Below, piece after piece: positions 34,968 to 43,568 of a stretch of 50,968 nt of DNA; the stretch's first letter is position 1; each line of letters opens with the position of its first letter. The position numbers and the translations under genes are program-made. The DNA is from a virus (taxonomy: Duplodnaviria; Caudoviricetes), in IMG/VR virus record IMGVR_UViG_3300020711_000014, positions 1 through 50,968 of that record; one strand, 5' to 3'. Under the pieces are notes generated by a model, which was not told the DNA's origin, searched no databases, and saw only the letters and a list, made by a program, of their open reading frames with translations.

Positions 34968-35951
34968 ATGCCGTTTAAGCCTGTGTGTTCCGATGAAGAG
35001 TTTATTGCGTTATGGAAAAAACTAGGTTCTCCTACGCTTGTGGGTAAAGAACTAGGTATAAACCCTAGGAGCGTCAGTAACAGAAAAAGCGCTATTAAAA
35101 TTCGACACAATATTGAGCTACCTACGCATGGATCATTAAGAGATCCCAAAAAAGAAAAACCCAAAAAAATAGAGCTTGCCCCTCATAACGTCCGAAGAGG
35201 CATAGACGTTGACAAAGTTAAACGCGTTATTGTGTTCTCAGACGCGCATTTTACTGATACCACTACCACGGCGTTTAAAGCGCTGCTGGCAATGATTAAG
35301 AAGTTTAAGCCACAGGTTATCATCTGCAACGGCGACGCCTTCGATGGGCAGGTTTTGAGCCGCTTTCCGTCGATTAATTACGATGCCAAGCCTAGCGTAT
35401 TGCAAGAGTTAGAATCGTGCCGTTATCACCTAGATCAAATCGTTAAGCATAAACCTGCGGGCTGTCGGCTAATATGGACACTGGGAAACCATGATATGCG
35501 CTACGAGTCATGGTTGGTTAACAAAGTACCCGAATATAGCGGCGTAGATGGTTTTAGTTTGAAATACCATTTCCCCGAGTGGGAAACCTGTTGGAGCTTT
35601 TGGATTGGTGAAGAAACCGTGGTCAAGCACCGTTTTAAGGGAGGACGCACTGCGGGTTATAGTAACTTGCTGGCGGCGGGTAACACAAACATCATTACGG
35701 GGCATACGCACGTTCTCGCTTGCCAACCGATTTCAAATTATCAAGGCAACTTTTATGGGGTTCAGACCGGCTGTTTAGCTGATCCTATGAGCCCTACCTT
35801 TGAATATTGCGAAGATAGCCCCAAAGATTGGCGTTCTGGCTTTGTTATGCTTTCGTTTGACCAAGGCAGAATGCTCATGCCCGAGCTAATTATGGTTAGC
35901 GACGAGCAAAACGGCGAATACGAGTTCCGCGGGGAAATTCACGCGGTATGA
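34968..35951 (+). CDS. Calcineurin-like metallophosphoesterase with N-terminal HTH-like region
   Basis: SDAH, NGDAFD, GNHD, GHTH motifs. Confidence 0.85.
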   Translation: MPFKPVCSDEEFIALWKKLGSPTLVGKELGINPRSVSNRKSAIKIRHNIELPTHGSLRDPKKEKPKKIELAPHNVRRGIDVDKVKRVIVFSDAHFTDTTTTAFKALLAMIKKFKPQVIICNGDAFDGQVLSRFPSINYDAKPSVLQELESCRYHLDQIVKHKPAGCRLIWTLGNHDMRYESWLVNKVPEYSGVDGFSLKYHFPEWETCWSFWIGEETVVKHRFKGGRTAGYSNLLAAGNTNIITGHTHVLACQPISNYQGNFYGVQTGCLADPMSPTFEYCEDSPKDWRSGFVMLSFDQGRMLMPELIMVSDEQNGEYEFRGEIHAV

Positions 35952-36295
35952 AAATCACACCTAAAATTCTTGAGTCTATCTATTTGACTTTGGCAAAGTG
36001 TGAACCTTTTATAAAATGGGATTTGCCGCCAAGTGAATTGTGCCGTTACGATATTGTTGACGATCATCAAGTAATGGCTACTTATGAATACGATGAATCA
36101 ATGTCTAAACCGCATATTTTTAGTATCTCTAAAGCTCGCTGCGGTCATTACGATACGGTGGTGCGATCTATGGCTCACGAAATGATCCATTGTTCTAGGC
36201 ACAAATCTGGTAAATGGACGCTTCATGACGCCACTTTTAAACGTAGAAAAATGGCTGTGGGCTTGGAGCTAGGGTTTGACGGTCATGAACTCTAA
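35948..36295 (+). CDS. SprT-like zinc metalloprotease domain protein
   Basis: HEMIH...H..F motif. Confidence 0.7.
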   Translation: MKITPKILESIYLTLAKCEPFIKWDLPPSELCRYDIVDDHQVMATYEYDESMSKPHIFSISKARCGHYDTVVRSMAHEMIHCSRHKSGKWTLHDATFKRRKMAVGLELGFDGHEL

Positions 36296-36743
36296 ATATA
36301 TAAAATTTGCAGTTTTGTAGACATATTGTCGATATATGTACGTTTTTGTCGACATTTTGTACATGAAATGTGTAATTAATTACACATTTGTTGACTTATT
36401 AAACAGTCCTTAAATAACTTAAAGCCTTATTAATGAATCATTTAACATACTGTTGTTATTATTAACATACAGTGCGTTAACACTTTTTCTTACAAAATAC
36501 CCCGTTCGGGAATATTTTCCTATTTTTGCACACTTTTTTATCAATTCTTCCCGTTCGGGAAACTTTTTCTTATGAAGCTGACCTATTTTAAAAACGCTTG
36601 TAAGTGCATGAAATTTCAATAAAAAGTCATGCAAAAATAGGACATTGTTGTCCGATATTTGTATATTTTTTTCATACTTATAGGTATGAAAAAAGGTTCC
36701 GAATTGGAACCTTTAGGTATTAAAACTAATTTTATTTAGTTTT
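36296..36743. promoter_or_regulatory. Non-coding array of diverse palindromic operator-like sites
   Basis: Perfect 24-bp palindrome 36366-36389 plus at least seven other inverted-repeat sites. Confidence 0.65.
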
Positions 36744-36863
36744 TACTATTTTAAAAAACTCTTTAATAGTAGACAAAGTTGACTGTAACCAAAACTCGTT
36801 TACTTCTTTAACGCGCTCTACCAACTCTTCATATTGTTTAAATGGTTTTTCAAAATCAAACAT
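36732..36863 (-). CDS. 43-aa amphipathic microprotein (phasin-like?)
   Basis: MFDFEKPFKQYEELVERVKEVNEFWLQSTLSTIKEFFKIVKTK; AGGAG RBS; own promoter. Not in ORF track. Confidence 0.75.
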   Translation of the reverse strand: MFDFEKPFKQYEELVERVKEVNEFWLQSTLSTIKEFFKIVKTK

Positions 36864-36881
36864 AGCAATCTCCTATTTATG

Positions 36882-36923
36882 TTGCAATGCAATAATTATA
36901 AAACATTATTTTGTAGCTAGCAA
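36882..36923 (-). promoter_or_regulatory. Promoter TTGCTA-17-TATAAT with TTGC-N3-GCAA operator over the start site
   Basis: -35 at 36918-36923, -10 at 36895-36900, palindrome at 36882-36892. Confidence 0.65.
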
Positions 36924-37052
36924 GTACGCTCCATAATTGGCAAAAGCATAGCCCGCGTACATAAAAGCCAAACCGTAGTCGCCTTTAAATAAGTTTTCTA
37001 CAAAAATATAAGCGTAAATTAGCCCTGTAACGACAATTAACCAAGGCGTCAT
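36906..37052 (-). CDS. Small membrane protein MTPWLIVVTGLIY..., 48 aa
   Basis: Hand translation; ATGA overlap with upstream gene. Confidence 0.7.
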   Translation of the reverse strand: MTPWLIVVTGLIYAYIFVENLFKGDYGLAFMYAGYAFANYGAYLLATK

Positions 37053-37279
37053 ATGTTAGCTAATAGCTTATGGATACGAGCATTGAACCAACGGCGAATG
37101 CAATAGCTGCGAATTACTGAGATGACAGTGTATAGCAGACCCATATAGAAGTTAGCTAACAGACTAATGTGAAAGCCAAACAGCGGAAATATCAACAAAT
37201 TGGCGATGTAATTAATGGTAAACCCTATTAGTACATTTACCCATGCCTCAATAAAAGAGCCTAGTTTAGTTTGACTCAT
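37049..37279 (-). CDS. Two-TM membrane protein
   Basis: SFIEA..N..IG...SVIRSY..RRWFN motif. Confidence 0.8.
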   Translation of the reverse strand: MSQTKLGSFIEAWVNVLIGFTINYIANLLIFPLFGFHISLLANFYMGLLYTVISVIRSYCIRRWFNARIHKLLANI

Positions 37280-37434
37280 ATCAAAGCATCCTCAAACTTA
37301 TAATCTTCTGCTTTCTTTGCCCGCATGAATTTAAACCACCAGCCTTTACGCAGTGAGCAAATAGCAATGGCTTCTTCACGCCTTGCAGCGATTCGCATAG
37401 GCTGATCGTTTTCGTCAAACACAATGTAGCTCAT
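37276..37434 (-). CDS. Hypothetical protein MSYIVFDEND..., 52 aa
   Basis: Hand translation; AAGGAG RBS; ATGA overlaps at both ends. Confidence 0.7.
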   Translation of the reverse strand: MSYIVFDENDQPMRIAARREEAIAICSLRKGWWFKFMRAKKAEDYKFEDALI

Positions 37435-37943
37435 GGCATTAGCTCCTTAGGTGGTCTATCGTCGCCTTCGGAATAGGTTTTGGCATACAAAGTCAACATC
37501 CGCAAGTTGCACATGGCGTGAGCAAGATGAGGCAATCCAGACTCGGCGTCGTTTTCTTCCCCACGCTGCCATGCTGCTAAATGGCGCATAGCACAAGCAA
37601 ACGGAACTGACCAATCCATGCCTTTAGCCCAGTTCCATGCAGCATACTTTTGTTTGCCATACGCCCAGACCTTAGCTTCATCTTCAAGAGTGCATAAGGG
37701 AATCAAGCTAAAGTCTGGTTTGCCGGTGTTGTATCGAGCTCCAGACCCTTTGGCAGTGCTATTAACGTCGCCAATTCCACCAACCCCAGCGCCACTTGGT
37801 TGCGAATTACCGGCGCCTGTACTAGATAAAGCTTCTGCAATTGCCAAAATAGATTTTTGCGCGTCAACAGGGTCGTATTCCATCACGGCTACGTTGCCCG
37901 GATTATTCGGTTCAAAATGACTCAAAATGTTTTTCCTCCCCAC
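37431..37943 (-). CDS. dATP/dGTP diphosphohydrolase-domain protein (DUF5664-like); start uncertain
   Basis: YNTGKPDFSLIP..YG..KY..WNWAKG..RHL..ESGLPHLAHA. Confidence 0.8.
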   Translation of the reverse strand: MGRKNILSHFEPNNPGNVAVMEYDPVDAQKSILAIAEALSSTGAGNSQPSGAGVGGIGDVNSTAKGSGARYNTGKPDFSLIPLCTLEDEAKVWAYGKQKYAAWNWAKGMDWSVPFACAMRHLAAWQRGEENDAESGLPHLAHAMCNLRMLTLYAKTYSEGDDRPPKELMP

Positions 37944-38086
37944 ACTTGTTGTTCTAAATGGCGTACATAACTGTTTTGATGGTCAATGTGCTTGATTAGC
38001 TTGTCATACATTAGACGCCAATAGTCTGCATCGGCTAAAGCTTTAGCCAATCGTTCTTGCAATTTAGCAATCTCGATCTCGTCCAT
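37922..38086 (-). CDS. Coiled-coil hypothetical protein MDEIEIAKLQ..., 54 aa
   Basis: Hand translation; GGGAG RBS; TAATG coupling. Confidence 0.7.
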   Translation of the reverse strand: MDEIEIAKLQERLAKALADADYWRLMYDKLIKHIDHQNSYVRHLEQQVWGGKTF

Positions 38087-38259
38087 TAGAACTCCCACGT
38101 CTTTTTAATTTCAATCTTGGTTTCGCCATTTTCGGCACTTAAAGAAAAGTGCCAAACCTCTTGATCGGGCTTACTTAGATCAGCATGCCCCGCAAACGGG
38201 ATGGGTTCTTTTTCAAGCTCTTGCGCTGCTTTTCTGTCGTCAGTAGTAAAAGTTGTCAT
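38086..38259 (-). CDS. Hypothetical protein MTTFTTDDRK..., 57 aa
   Basis: Hand translation; GGAGG RBS. Confidence 0.7.
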   Translation of the reverse strand: MTTFTTDDRKAAQELEKEPIPFAGHADLSKPDQEVWHFSLSAENGETKIEIKKTWEF

Positions 38260-38363
38260 GCCCATCCTCCCAATCGTATGCCAAGACGAATAGCAGAAAT
38301 AAGAATGACGGTGGCTATTACCATAAGGGCAATAACCACCTTATCAGCCCAACTAGTCTGCAT
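38256..38363 (-). CDS. Small membrane peptide MQTSWADKVVIALM..., 35 aa
   Basis: Hand translation; single TM. Confidence 0.6.
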   Translation of the reverse strand: MQTSWADKVVIALMVIATVILISAIRLGIRLGGWA

Positions 38364-38523
38364 AGTTCGCCACCTGAATTTCTAGTCGGATAACTGCTAC
38401 TTTAATCTCTTCTACAGCGTCTGTAATTAATTTTTTTCCGACCAATCCGGGATTGGCATTCAATACTTCTAATTGGTTTAAAAGCTTTTTGAGCTTAATT
38501 AAATCGTGTGATAGATCATTCAT
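38353..38523 (-). CDS. Hypothetical protein MNDLSHDLIK..., 56 aa
   Basis: Hand translation; GAGGA RBS; ATGA overlap. Confidence 0.65.
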   Translation of the reverse strand: MNDLSHDLIKLKKLLNQLEVLNANPGLVGKKLITDAVEEIKVAVIRLEIQVANYAD

Positions 38524-38729
38524 TTGATCCTCGCCACTTTAGCTTTTTGTAATGCCATCTCATAGACTTCACGCATGTCGGCATCTAAATCGCGCAACGG
38601 AAGGTTTTGATAGTACTTCCACTTGTCTTTGTACTCTTGCAACTCGGATGGTGGTACCCAGCCGTATTGAGTGCGCCAACGCTTGGTAATGTCGGTTCCA
38701 GCTTTAGTCCAGATATAAGGTGTTCTCAT
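38520..38729 (-). CDS. Hypothetical protein (TDI..RW...GWVPPSE motif)
   Basis: 69-aa ORF with TAACTAGAGGA cassette. Confidence 0.75.
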   Translation of the reverse strand: MRTPYIWTKAGTDITKRWRTQYGWVPPSELQEYKDKWKYYQNLPLRDLDADMREVYEMALQKAKVARIK

Positions 38730-38753
38730 GATTTTTCCTCTAGTTAAATCAGT

Positions 38754-38972
38754 TTAAGCAGCTATTTGTTTGCGAAGCTCTTCCCGTTCTCTTGCTGCAC
38801 GGAGAATGGTGTACCGTTGATGTAAGCGTTGTACGATAGACCAACGCTTGGCACCTTCCAGTTCTTGTTCCAATAGATTGCCAACTTCCTCTTCATCCAA
38901 AGTGGACAAAATATCGGTTAATGATCTCCAGCTATAAGTCTTTGCTGGTTCTTTCTTTTTAAGCCATTTCAT
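38754..38972 (-). CDS. Hypothetical protein
   Basis: 72-aa ORF in the helicase operon. Confidence 0.75.
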   Translation of the reverse strand: MKWLKKKEPAKTYSWRSLTDILSTLDEEEVGNLLEQELEGAKRWSIVQRLHQRYTILRAAREREELRKQIAA

Positions 38973-39180
38973 TTAATGCCTTTCTTAACGTAATTAATTC
39001 AGCTTGCATTTCGGCTAATTTATTTGATGGCACAAGCACAGAGTTACCACGAATAGTTTTAAGTTCCTCTATTTCAGCTTGTTGCTGGCGTAGCATGGTG
39101 GCTGCTTGCGTTAAAGTTAAATCATCAAACCATCCAGTAGTCATATTTTCTAAAGCATCAGCTAGTTCATTTGCGTTCAT
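38959..39180 (-). CDS. Hypothetical protein (MNANELAD...AATMLRQQQAEIE)
   Basis: AAGGA RBS; coiled coil. Confidence 0.75.
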   Translation of the reverse strand: MNANELADALENMTTGWFDDLTLTQAATMLRQQQAEIEELKTIRGNSVLVPSNKLAEMQAELITLRKALNEMA

Positions 39181-39205
39181 TGCTATTTCCTTTCAGCTTT
39201 TAGCT

Positions 39206-39233
39206 AATGTAACAGATTTATTTGTATTGTAAA
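39206..39233 (-). promoter_or_regulatory. Promoter-like TTTACA-16-TACATT
   Basis: Shares AAATCTGTTACA core with the 1740 site. Confidence 0.5.
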
Positions 39234-39252
39234 GCATTGTGTTGCTTTTTAG

Positions 39253-40590
39253 TCACTTTAGCTCTTCAATTGCTATATCGCTAATTGCGCGTTTGTCCGC
39301 CAACGCCGCCCAGATGCGCTCATCAATGGTTTTGTTGGTCAGCAGGATGTAGCACCATACATCTTGTGTTTGTCCGCTGCGATGGAGGCGCCCAATGGTC
39401 TGCTCATACAGCTCCAAACTCCAAGGTAAACTGATAAATACCAGCTTATTGCCGCCATGCTGAAGATTCAAGCCATGACCTGCGGACTTGGGGTGAATTA
39501 GTAGCAACTCGATCTTGCCCGCGTTCCAACGCTCGATAGCGTCTGTATCGTCTAGCGTTACAGCATGTGGATAGCGGCGTTTGAGTTCGGCTAGCTCTTC
39601 CTTGTAGTTATAGACAATCAGCGTATTGGCTCGTTGGTTCTCGGCTAACAGATCATCTAGCAGTTCAAATCTGTGGTCTGAAAACCACACTGGCGTTTGT
39701 TTGATGTCAAATTGACCGGGAATACTAGACGCCGATTTCTCCGTGTAGTAACAAAAGCCAGAAGCCATCTGTTGTAATTTCTGCGTAACTACGGCAGAAT
39801 TGGCAGCTACTACTTTTGCTTCAGGAAATTGATGCACAAAGTCTTTTTTCATTTTCTCGTAGGGTTCGCGATCTGGCAAATCGCAACGTATCTCTACGGT
39901 TCGCAATGGTGGCAACTTATCTTTATATTCACTGGATTCAAGTAAAAATGTCGCAGGGCGAATACGTTGCATTACTGATTCTAACGATCCTAATCTGGGT
40001 TGCCATTCACCAAAATCGCGATTGATACATACAAAGTATTGCTGTAGGAACGCACCCTTGCTTCTGCCTAACAGCTTTTGGTCAACAATTTTGCACTGAC
40101 CAAAGACATCCTCCAAGCCATTGCTGGTAAAGCTGCCCGTCAAACCCCAACGTATTGGTACAAGGTCTAGCACTTTTAACAATGCCTTAAAGCGTGTTCC
40201 CGATGGGTTCTTGAGCTTGGTTAACTCATCAAACACAATACCGTCAAAATCAAGGTATTGTTCAGTGAGCCATTGAATGTTGTCGTAATTAATGACTACA
40301 ACTTGGGACTTACTTCTCAAGGCTTCTAGCCGTTGCTTAGGAGTGCCAATACAAACTGATAAGGATAAACCCTTAGCCCACTTGTCACGCTCTTGTCGCC
40401 ATACATCGGTGCATACGCGCTTGGGGGCTAATACTAACCAACGCTTAACTATTTTGGTGTCAAGCATTTCCTTCATGGCAGTTAAAGCAATCGCGGTTTT
40501 ACCCGCGCCTACTGATGCTAAAATCATCGCCCTATCGTTCTCGTACAAGAAGTCAACGGCTTTTTCTTGATAATCCCTAAGTTTAAGCAT
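39253..40590 (-). CDS. SNF2-family helicase
   Basis: LRDYQ, GAGKT, VFDE, GLTGS, SAGHGLNLQ, QTIGRLHRSGQ. Confidence 0.92.
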   Translation of the reverse strand: MLKLRDYQEKAVDFLYENDRAMILASVGAGKTAIALTAMKEMLDTKIVKRWLVLAPKRVCTDVWRQERDKWAKGLSLSVCIGTPKQRLEALRSKSQVVVINYDNIQWLTEQYLDFDGIVFDELTKLKNPSGTRFKALLKVLDLVPIRWGLTGSFTSNGLEDVFGQCKIVDQKLLGRSKGAFLQQYFVCINRDFGEWQPRLGSLESVMQRIRPATFLLESSEYKDKLPPLRTVEIRCDLPDREPYEKMKKDFVHQFPEAKVVAANSAVVTQKLQQMASGFCYYTEKSASSIPGQFDIKQTPVWFSDHRFELLDDLLAENQRANTLIVYNYKEELAELKRRYPHAVTLDDTDAIERWNAGKIELLLIHPKSAGHGLNLQHGGNKLVFISLPWSLELYEQTIGRLHRSGQTQDVWCYILLTNKTIDERIWAALADKRAISDIAIEELK

Positions 40591-41089
40591 GGCGGGCGTA
40601 TTCTCCATGATATTTATGCCGCGCTTCTTGAGCTACTAAATCTGCTAACTCTAAATCATCAAAATAACCTAAACATCTTTTTCCTGCATCTGTAGATACT
40701 TGAACAATCCATTTTTTATCTCTTGAACACCAATGAACGCCTTTTACGCCAGACTTATTATTGCGATTTATGCCTCGATTCCATAGATTTTGTAGCTTTG
40801 TGGCTGGGCGTAAATTGTCAATATTGTTATTAAGCCTATTTCCATCTATGTGATCTAAAAATTCCGGAACCCATTTATGGTGCATAAAAAATATTAACCG
40901 ATGGCTTAAATAACCTATACCATCAAATTTTATTTTCATATACCCTTGATCGTTTACATGCCCCGCTATATCACCAACTTTAATACAATTACTTCTTGCA
41001 ATTTTCCAGTAAAGCGCTCCATCTTTATATTCAAATAGCTTATGTAAATACTCTAATGGGGGCATGGGTTTGTTACTTTTGCTAGCCAT
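40583..41089 (-). CDS. HNH endonuclease with AP2-like domain (homing-type)
   Basis: HRL..DHIDGNRLNNNIDNLR; SGVKGVHW; LGYFD. Confidence 0.9.
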   Translation of the reverse strand: MASKSNKPMPPLEYLHKLFEYKDGALYWKIARSNCIKVGDIAGHVNDQGYMKIKFDGIGYLSHRLIFFMHHKWVPEFLDHIDGNRLNNNIDNLRPATKLQNLWNRGINRNNKSGVKGVHWCSRDKKWIVQVSTDAGKRCLGYFDDLELADLVAQEARHKYHGEYARHA

Positions 41090-41352
41090 TCGTTAATCTC
41101 CAATTTTGTACTTAAACAGGCGTACCGTTGTTTTAAAGCTACAACATCATCTTTAAATATTTCTTGCATCGGCGACAGGTATCCACCCTTTGGTCGCTTT
41201 AATTCTACAAACCATGTATTGCCATTCGGCATACAAGCAATACGGTCTGAAACGCCGCGTTGTGTTGGTGATTTAAACTTATAGGTCTTTCCACCAATAG
41301 ACTCAACTGACCAAACAAAATACTTTTCTATTTCACGTTCGCGTTCGTTCAT
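41053..41352 (-). CDS. VRR-NUC domain nuclease
   Basis: ERE.E...GVSDRI...FVELK..G.LS..Q. Confidence 0.88.
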   Translation of the reverse strand: MNEREREIEKYFVWSVESIGGKTYKFKSPTQRGVSDRIACMPNGNTWFVELKRPKGGYLSPMQEIFKDDVVALKQRYACLSTKLEINEWLAKVTNPCPH

Positions 41353-41374
41353 AAGAAATATATCATAAAAAGTG

Positions 41375-41402
41375 TTGCACTCAAAAAATAATCTGTTACA
41401 CT
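41375..41402 (+). promoter_or_regulatory. Promoter-like TTGCAC-16-TACACT for replication operon
   Basis: In divergent intergenic gap; shared AATCTGTTACACT core. Confidence 0.55.
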
Positions 41403-41433
41403 GACAGTTCTAAAGAAAAAAGGATAAAGAAAA

Positions 41434-42558
41434 ATGGCAAAGCATTCAGCAATTGTAGGCGGTTCCACCGCTTCTCGGGTAATCAAATGCCCTGCATCTG
41501 TAGCGCTCTGCGCCAAGATGCCGCCAAAGCCTTCAAGCAAATACGCCGACGAAGGAACATTACTTCACAACGCAATCGCAGAAATTTTAGAAAAAGATTT
41601 AGAGCCAAGCGAAATCATTGGTTTTAAGTACAAAGAACTTGAAGTAACTCACGAATTATTTGCTGACAAAATTATTCCCGCTTTGCGTAGTTTGGATGAA
41701 GTTGATCCTGATTGCGAAATGAAAATAGCAGTCGAGTCAGAAGTAGATTTCGGTGAATATCTTCCCGGTGTATTTGGTTCTGCTGACGTTATTGGGCGCC
41801 TTGGAGATAAAGCAATTGTTCTGGATTGGAAGTTTGGTTCTGGCGTAATCGTTAATGCCGAAGAGAACAATCAAGGTATGTTCTATGCCGCGGCAGCCAT
41901 GCGTACAGAGAAAACCAAGTGGGCATTTGAGAGCGCTAAAGAGATTGAGATCATTATTGTTCAACCTCCAGAGATGCGTCGTTGGGTTACAACTCCCGAG
42001 CGCATCAAAGAGTTTGAACAGCAACTATCTATTGCCGTTAAAGAAGCTGGACGCAAAGACGCACCGATGCAATCAGGTAGCCATTGTCGTTGGTGCGCTG
42101 CGAAGCCTGTTTGCCCCATCATGACCGATTCTGTAGCTCGATCAACACAGATTGCATTGAAAGATCTAAAACCCGATTTGATTGCAACTTATTTGCAACA
42201 AGCCGATGTGCTTGAGGATTGGATTAAAGAGCTGCGTGACTTAGCTCATCAGATGTTGGAAGCGGACGTTAGGGTTCCGGGCTATAAGCTAGTAGCTAAA
42301 AGAGCCATACGCCAATGGGCTGACGAACATGAAGCAGCCATAGCGTTATCGACTAAAGGTATTTCACCTCATAAGCCATTAGAAGTCATTTCTCCTGCAC
42401 AAGCAGAAAAGCTTCTTGGTAAAAGCGGCAAAGACGCAATTAAAGATTTAGTAGTAGCAGTAAGCAGTGGCAGTACGTTGGTACCGGAGAGTGATCCCCG
42501 CCCAGCGGTTTTACAAATCGGCAAGCAACTCACCGCTGCCTTAAACAAACTTAACTAG
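41434..42558 (+). CDS. Cas4-like exonuclease (DUF2800 family)
   Basis: CP.S, A.EGT..H, FGSAD, DWKFG.G, HCRWC....C. Confidence 0.88.
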   Translation: MAKHSAIVGGSTASRVIKCPASVALCAKMPPKPSSKYADEGTLLHNAIAEILEKDLEPSEIIGFKYKELEVTHELFADKIIPALRSLDEVDPDCEMKIAVESEVDFGEYLPGVFGSADVIGRLGDKAIVLDWKFGSGVIVNAEENNQGMFYAAAAMRTEKTKWAFESAKEIEIIIVQPPEMRRWVTTPERIKEFEQQLSIAVKEAGRKDAPMQSGSHCRWCAAKPVCPIMTDSVARSTQIALKDLKPDLIATYLQQADVLEDWIKELRDLAHQMLEADVRVPGYKLVAKRAIRQWADEHEAAIALSTKGISPHKPLEVISPAQAEKLLGKSGKDAIKDLVVAVSSGSTLVPESDPRPAVLQIGKQLTAALNKLN

Positions 42559-42570
42559 GAGCAAAGAGCA

Positions 42571-43245
42571 ATGAGCAATTTAACAACATTTAAAAACGCA
42601 GGTTTACCAGCAGTAGCAGATTTATCCAAGGCTTTGAAGTCTAACTTAGCAACCGTTACCGATGTTGGTACTGTGATTATTAAGATGGACAAGACAGGTC
42701 ATTGGGTATTTGGTTCAGATCAAACTGAAACGCAAGATGGTTCCGAATGGGCTATCAATCCTTTTAGCTTTGTACATGGTTACATCGCTTGGGGCGCGTC
42801 TGAAGTATTGGGTGAGAAGATGGTTCCCATTAATCAACCACTACCTGAACTCGAGCCAGCACCAGCCAATGCTAAAAAAGGTTGGGAAGTACAAGTCGGT
42901 TTAGAAATGAAGTGCATCAATGGTGACGACAAGGGGCTAACAGCTCGTTGGGCAACCACAGCAACCGGCGGCAAACGCGCCATCCAAGCATTGGGTGTTG
43001 AGATTGCCGAGCAGATCGAGAAAGACTCTAGCAAGCCAGTTGCCATCGTTGCATTAGAAACTGAGCATTACACTCACAAGTCTTATGGTAAGGTATACAC
43101 CCCAAAGATTCGTGTAATTCGTTTTGAGTCTATGGAAGTGGAATCAGCTACCGATGCGCCTGAACTTGAGGCACCAGAAGCAGATGAACCAGAAGTAGCA
43201 GCAGCTCCAGCAGCGCCAGTGCGTCGTCGCAGAGCAGCCGTATAA
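42571..43245 (+). CDS. Single-stranded DNA-binding/annealing protein (putative)
   Basis: Position between exonuclease and PolA; HKSYGKVYTP; acidic tail. Confidence 0.6.
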   Translation: MSNLTTFKNAGLPAVADLSKALKSNLATVTDVGTVIIKMDKTGHWVFGSDQTETQDGSEWAINPFSFVHGYIAWGASEVLGEKMVPINQPLPELEPAPANAKKGWEVQVGLEMKCINGDDKGLTARWATTATGGKRAIQALGVEIAEQIEKDSSKPVAIVALETEHYTHKSYGKVYTPKIRVIRFESMEVESATDAPELEAPEADEPEVAAAPAAPVRRRRAAV

Positions 43246-43259
43246 ACTTGTATAAACAC

Positions 43260-43332
43260 GGGGTGAAAGTACTGACACTATTCAGCTCAAGTACTCGAGG
43301 ACGAACGACTAAAAAGACTTGCGAGTAGCCCC
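43260..43332 (+). ncRNA. Structured RNA candidate A (GC clamp plus GAAA/GAGUA loop)
   Basis: GGGGT-GAAA...GAGTA-GCCCC. Confidence 0.5.
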
Positions 43333-43357
43333 ACCTAATTTAACTAGAGGACAAATC

Positions 43358-43561
43358 ATGGTAGACAGATCAAATTTAAACCCGACAGAGCGTCGGCAAA
43401 TCAGCGAAGTAAAGATGGCGATGGTTCGCGCCGCGCAAGTCAATATTAAGAATATTTTCCCAAGTCTTGGCGCCAAGAGCGAAAAAGTGCACCACACTAA
43501 GAGCTTGTCGCATACGCGTAAGGGTTCAGGACGTAAGCACCAGCAAGGTAAAGTAGTATAA
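43358..43561 (+). CDS. Small basic protein MVDRSNL...
   Basis: TAACTAGAGGA cassette before ATG 43358. Confidence 0.7.
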   Translation: MVDRSNLNPTERRQISEVKMAMVRAAQVNIKNIFPSLGAKSEKVHHTKSLSHTRKGSGRKHQQGKVV

Positions 43562-43568
43562 CGATTAC

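Noticed and set aside
36419-36634. 71-aa minus-strand ORF
   Set aside because: No RBS; runs through the palindrome array; likely spurious.
41393-41407. LexA box CTGT...ACAG
   Set aside because: Spacer is 7 bp rather than 8; the candidate at 36449 has 15 bp.
41434-42558. CRISPR-Cas system from the Cas4-like gene
   Set aside because: No repeat-spacer array or other cas genes; this is the usual phage replication-module exonuclease.
43260-43335. tRNA gene (tRNA-sized, GGGG...CCCCA ends)
   Set aside because: No T-arm GTTCRA, no 7-bp acceptor stem or cloverleaf; kept as a non-tRNA structured candidate.
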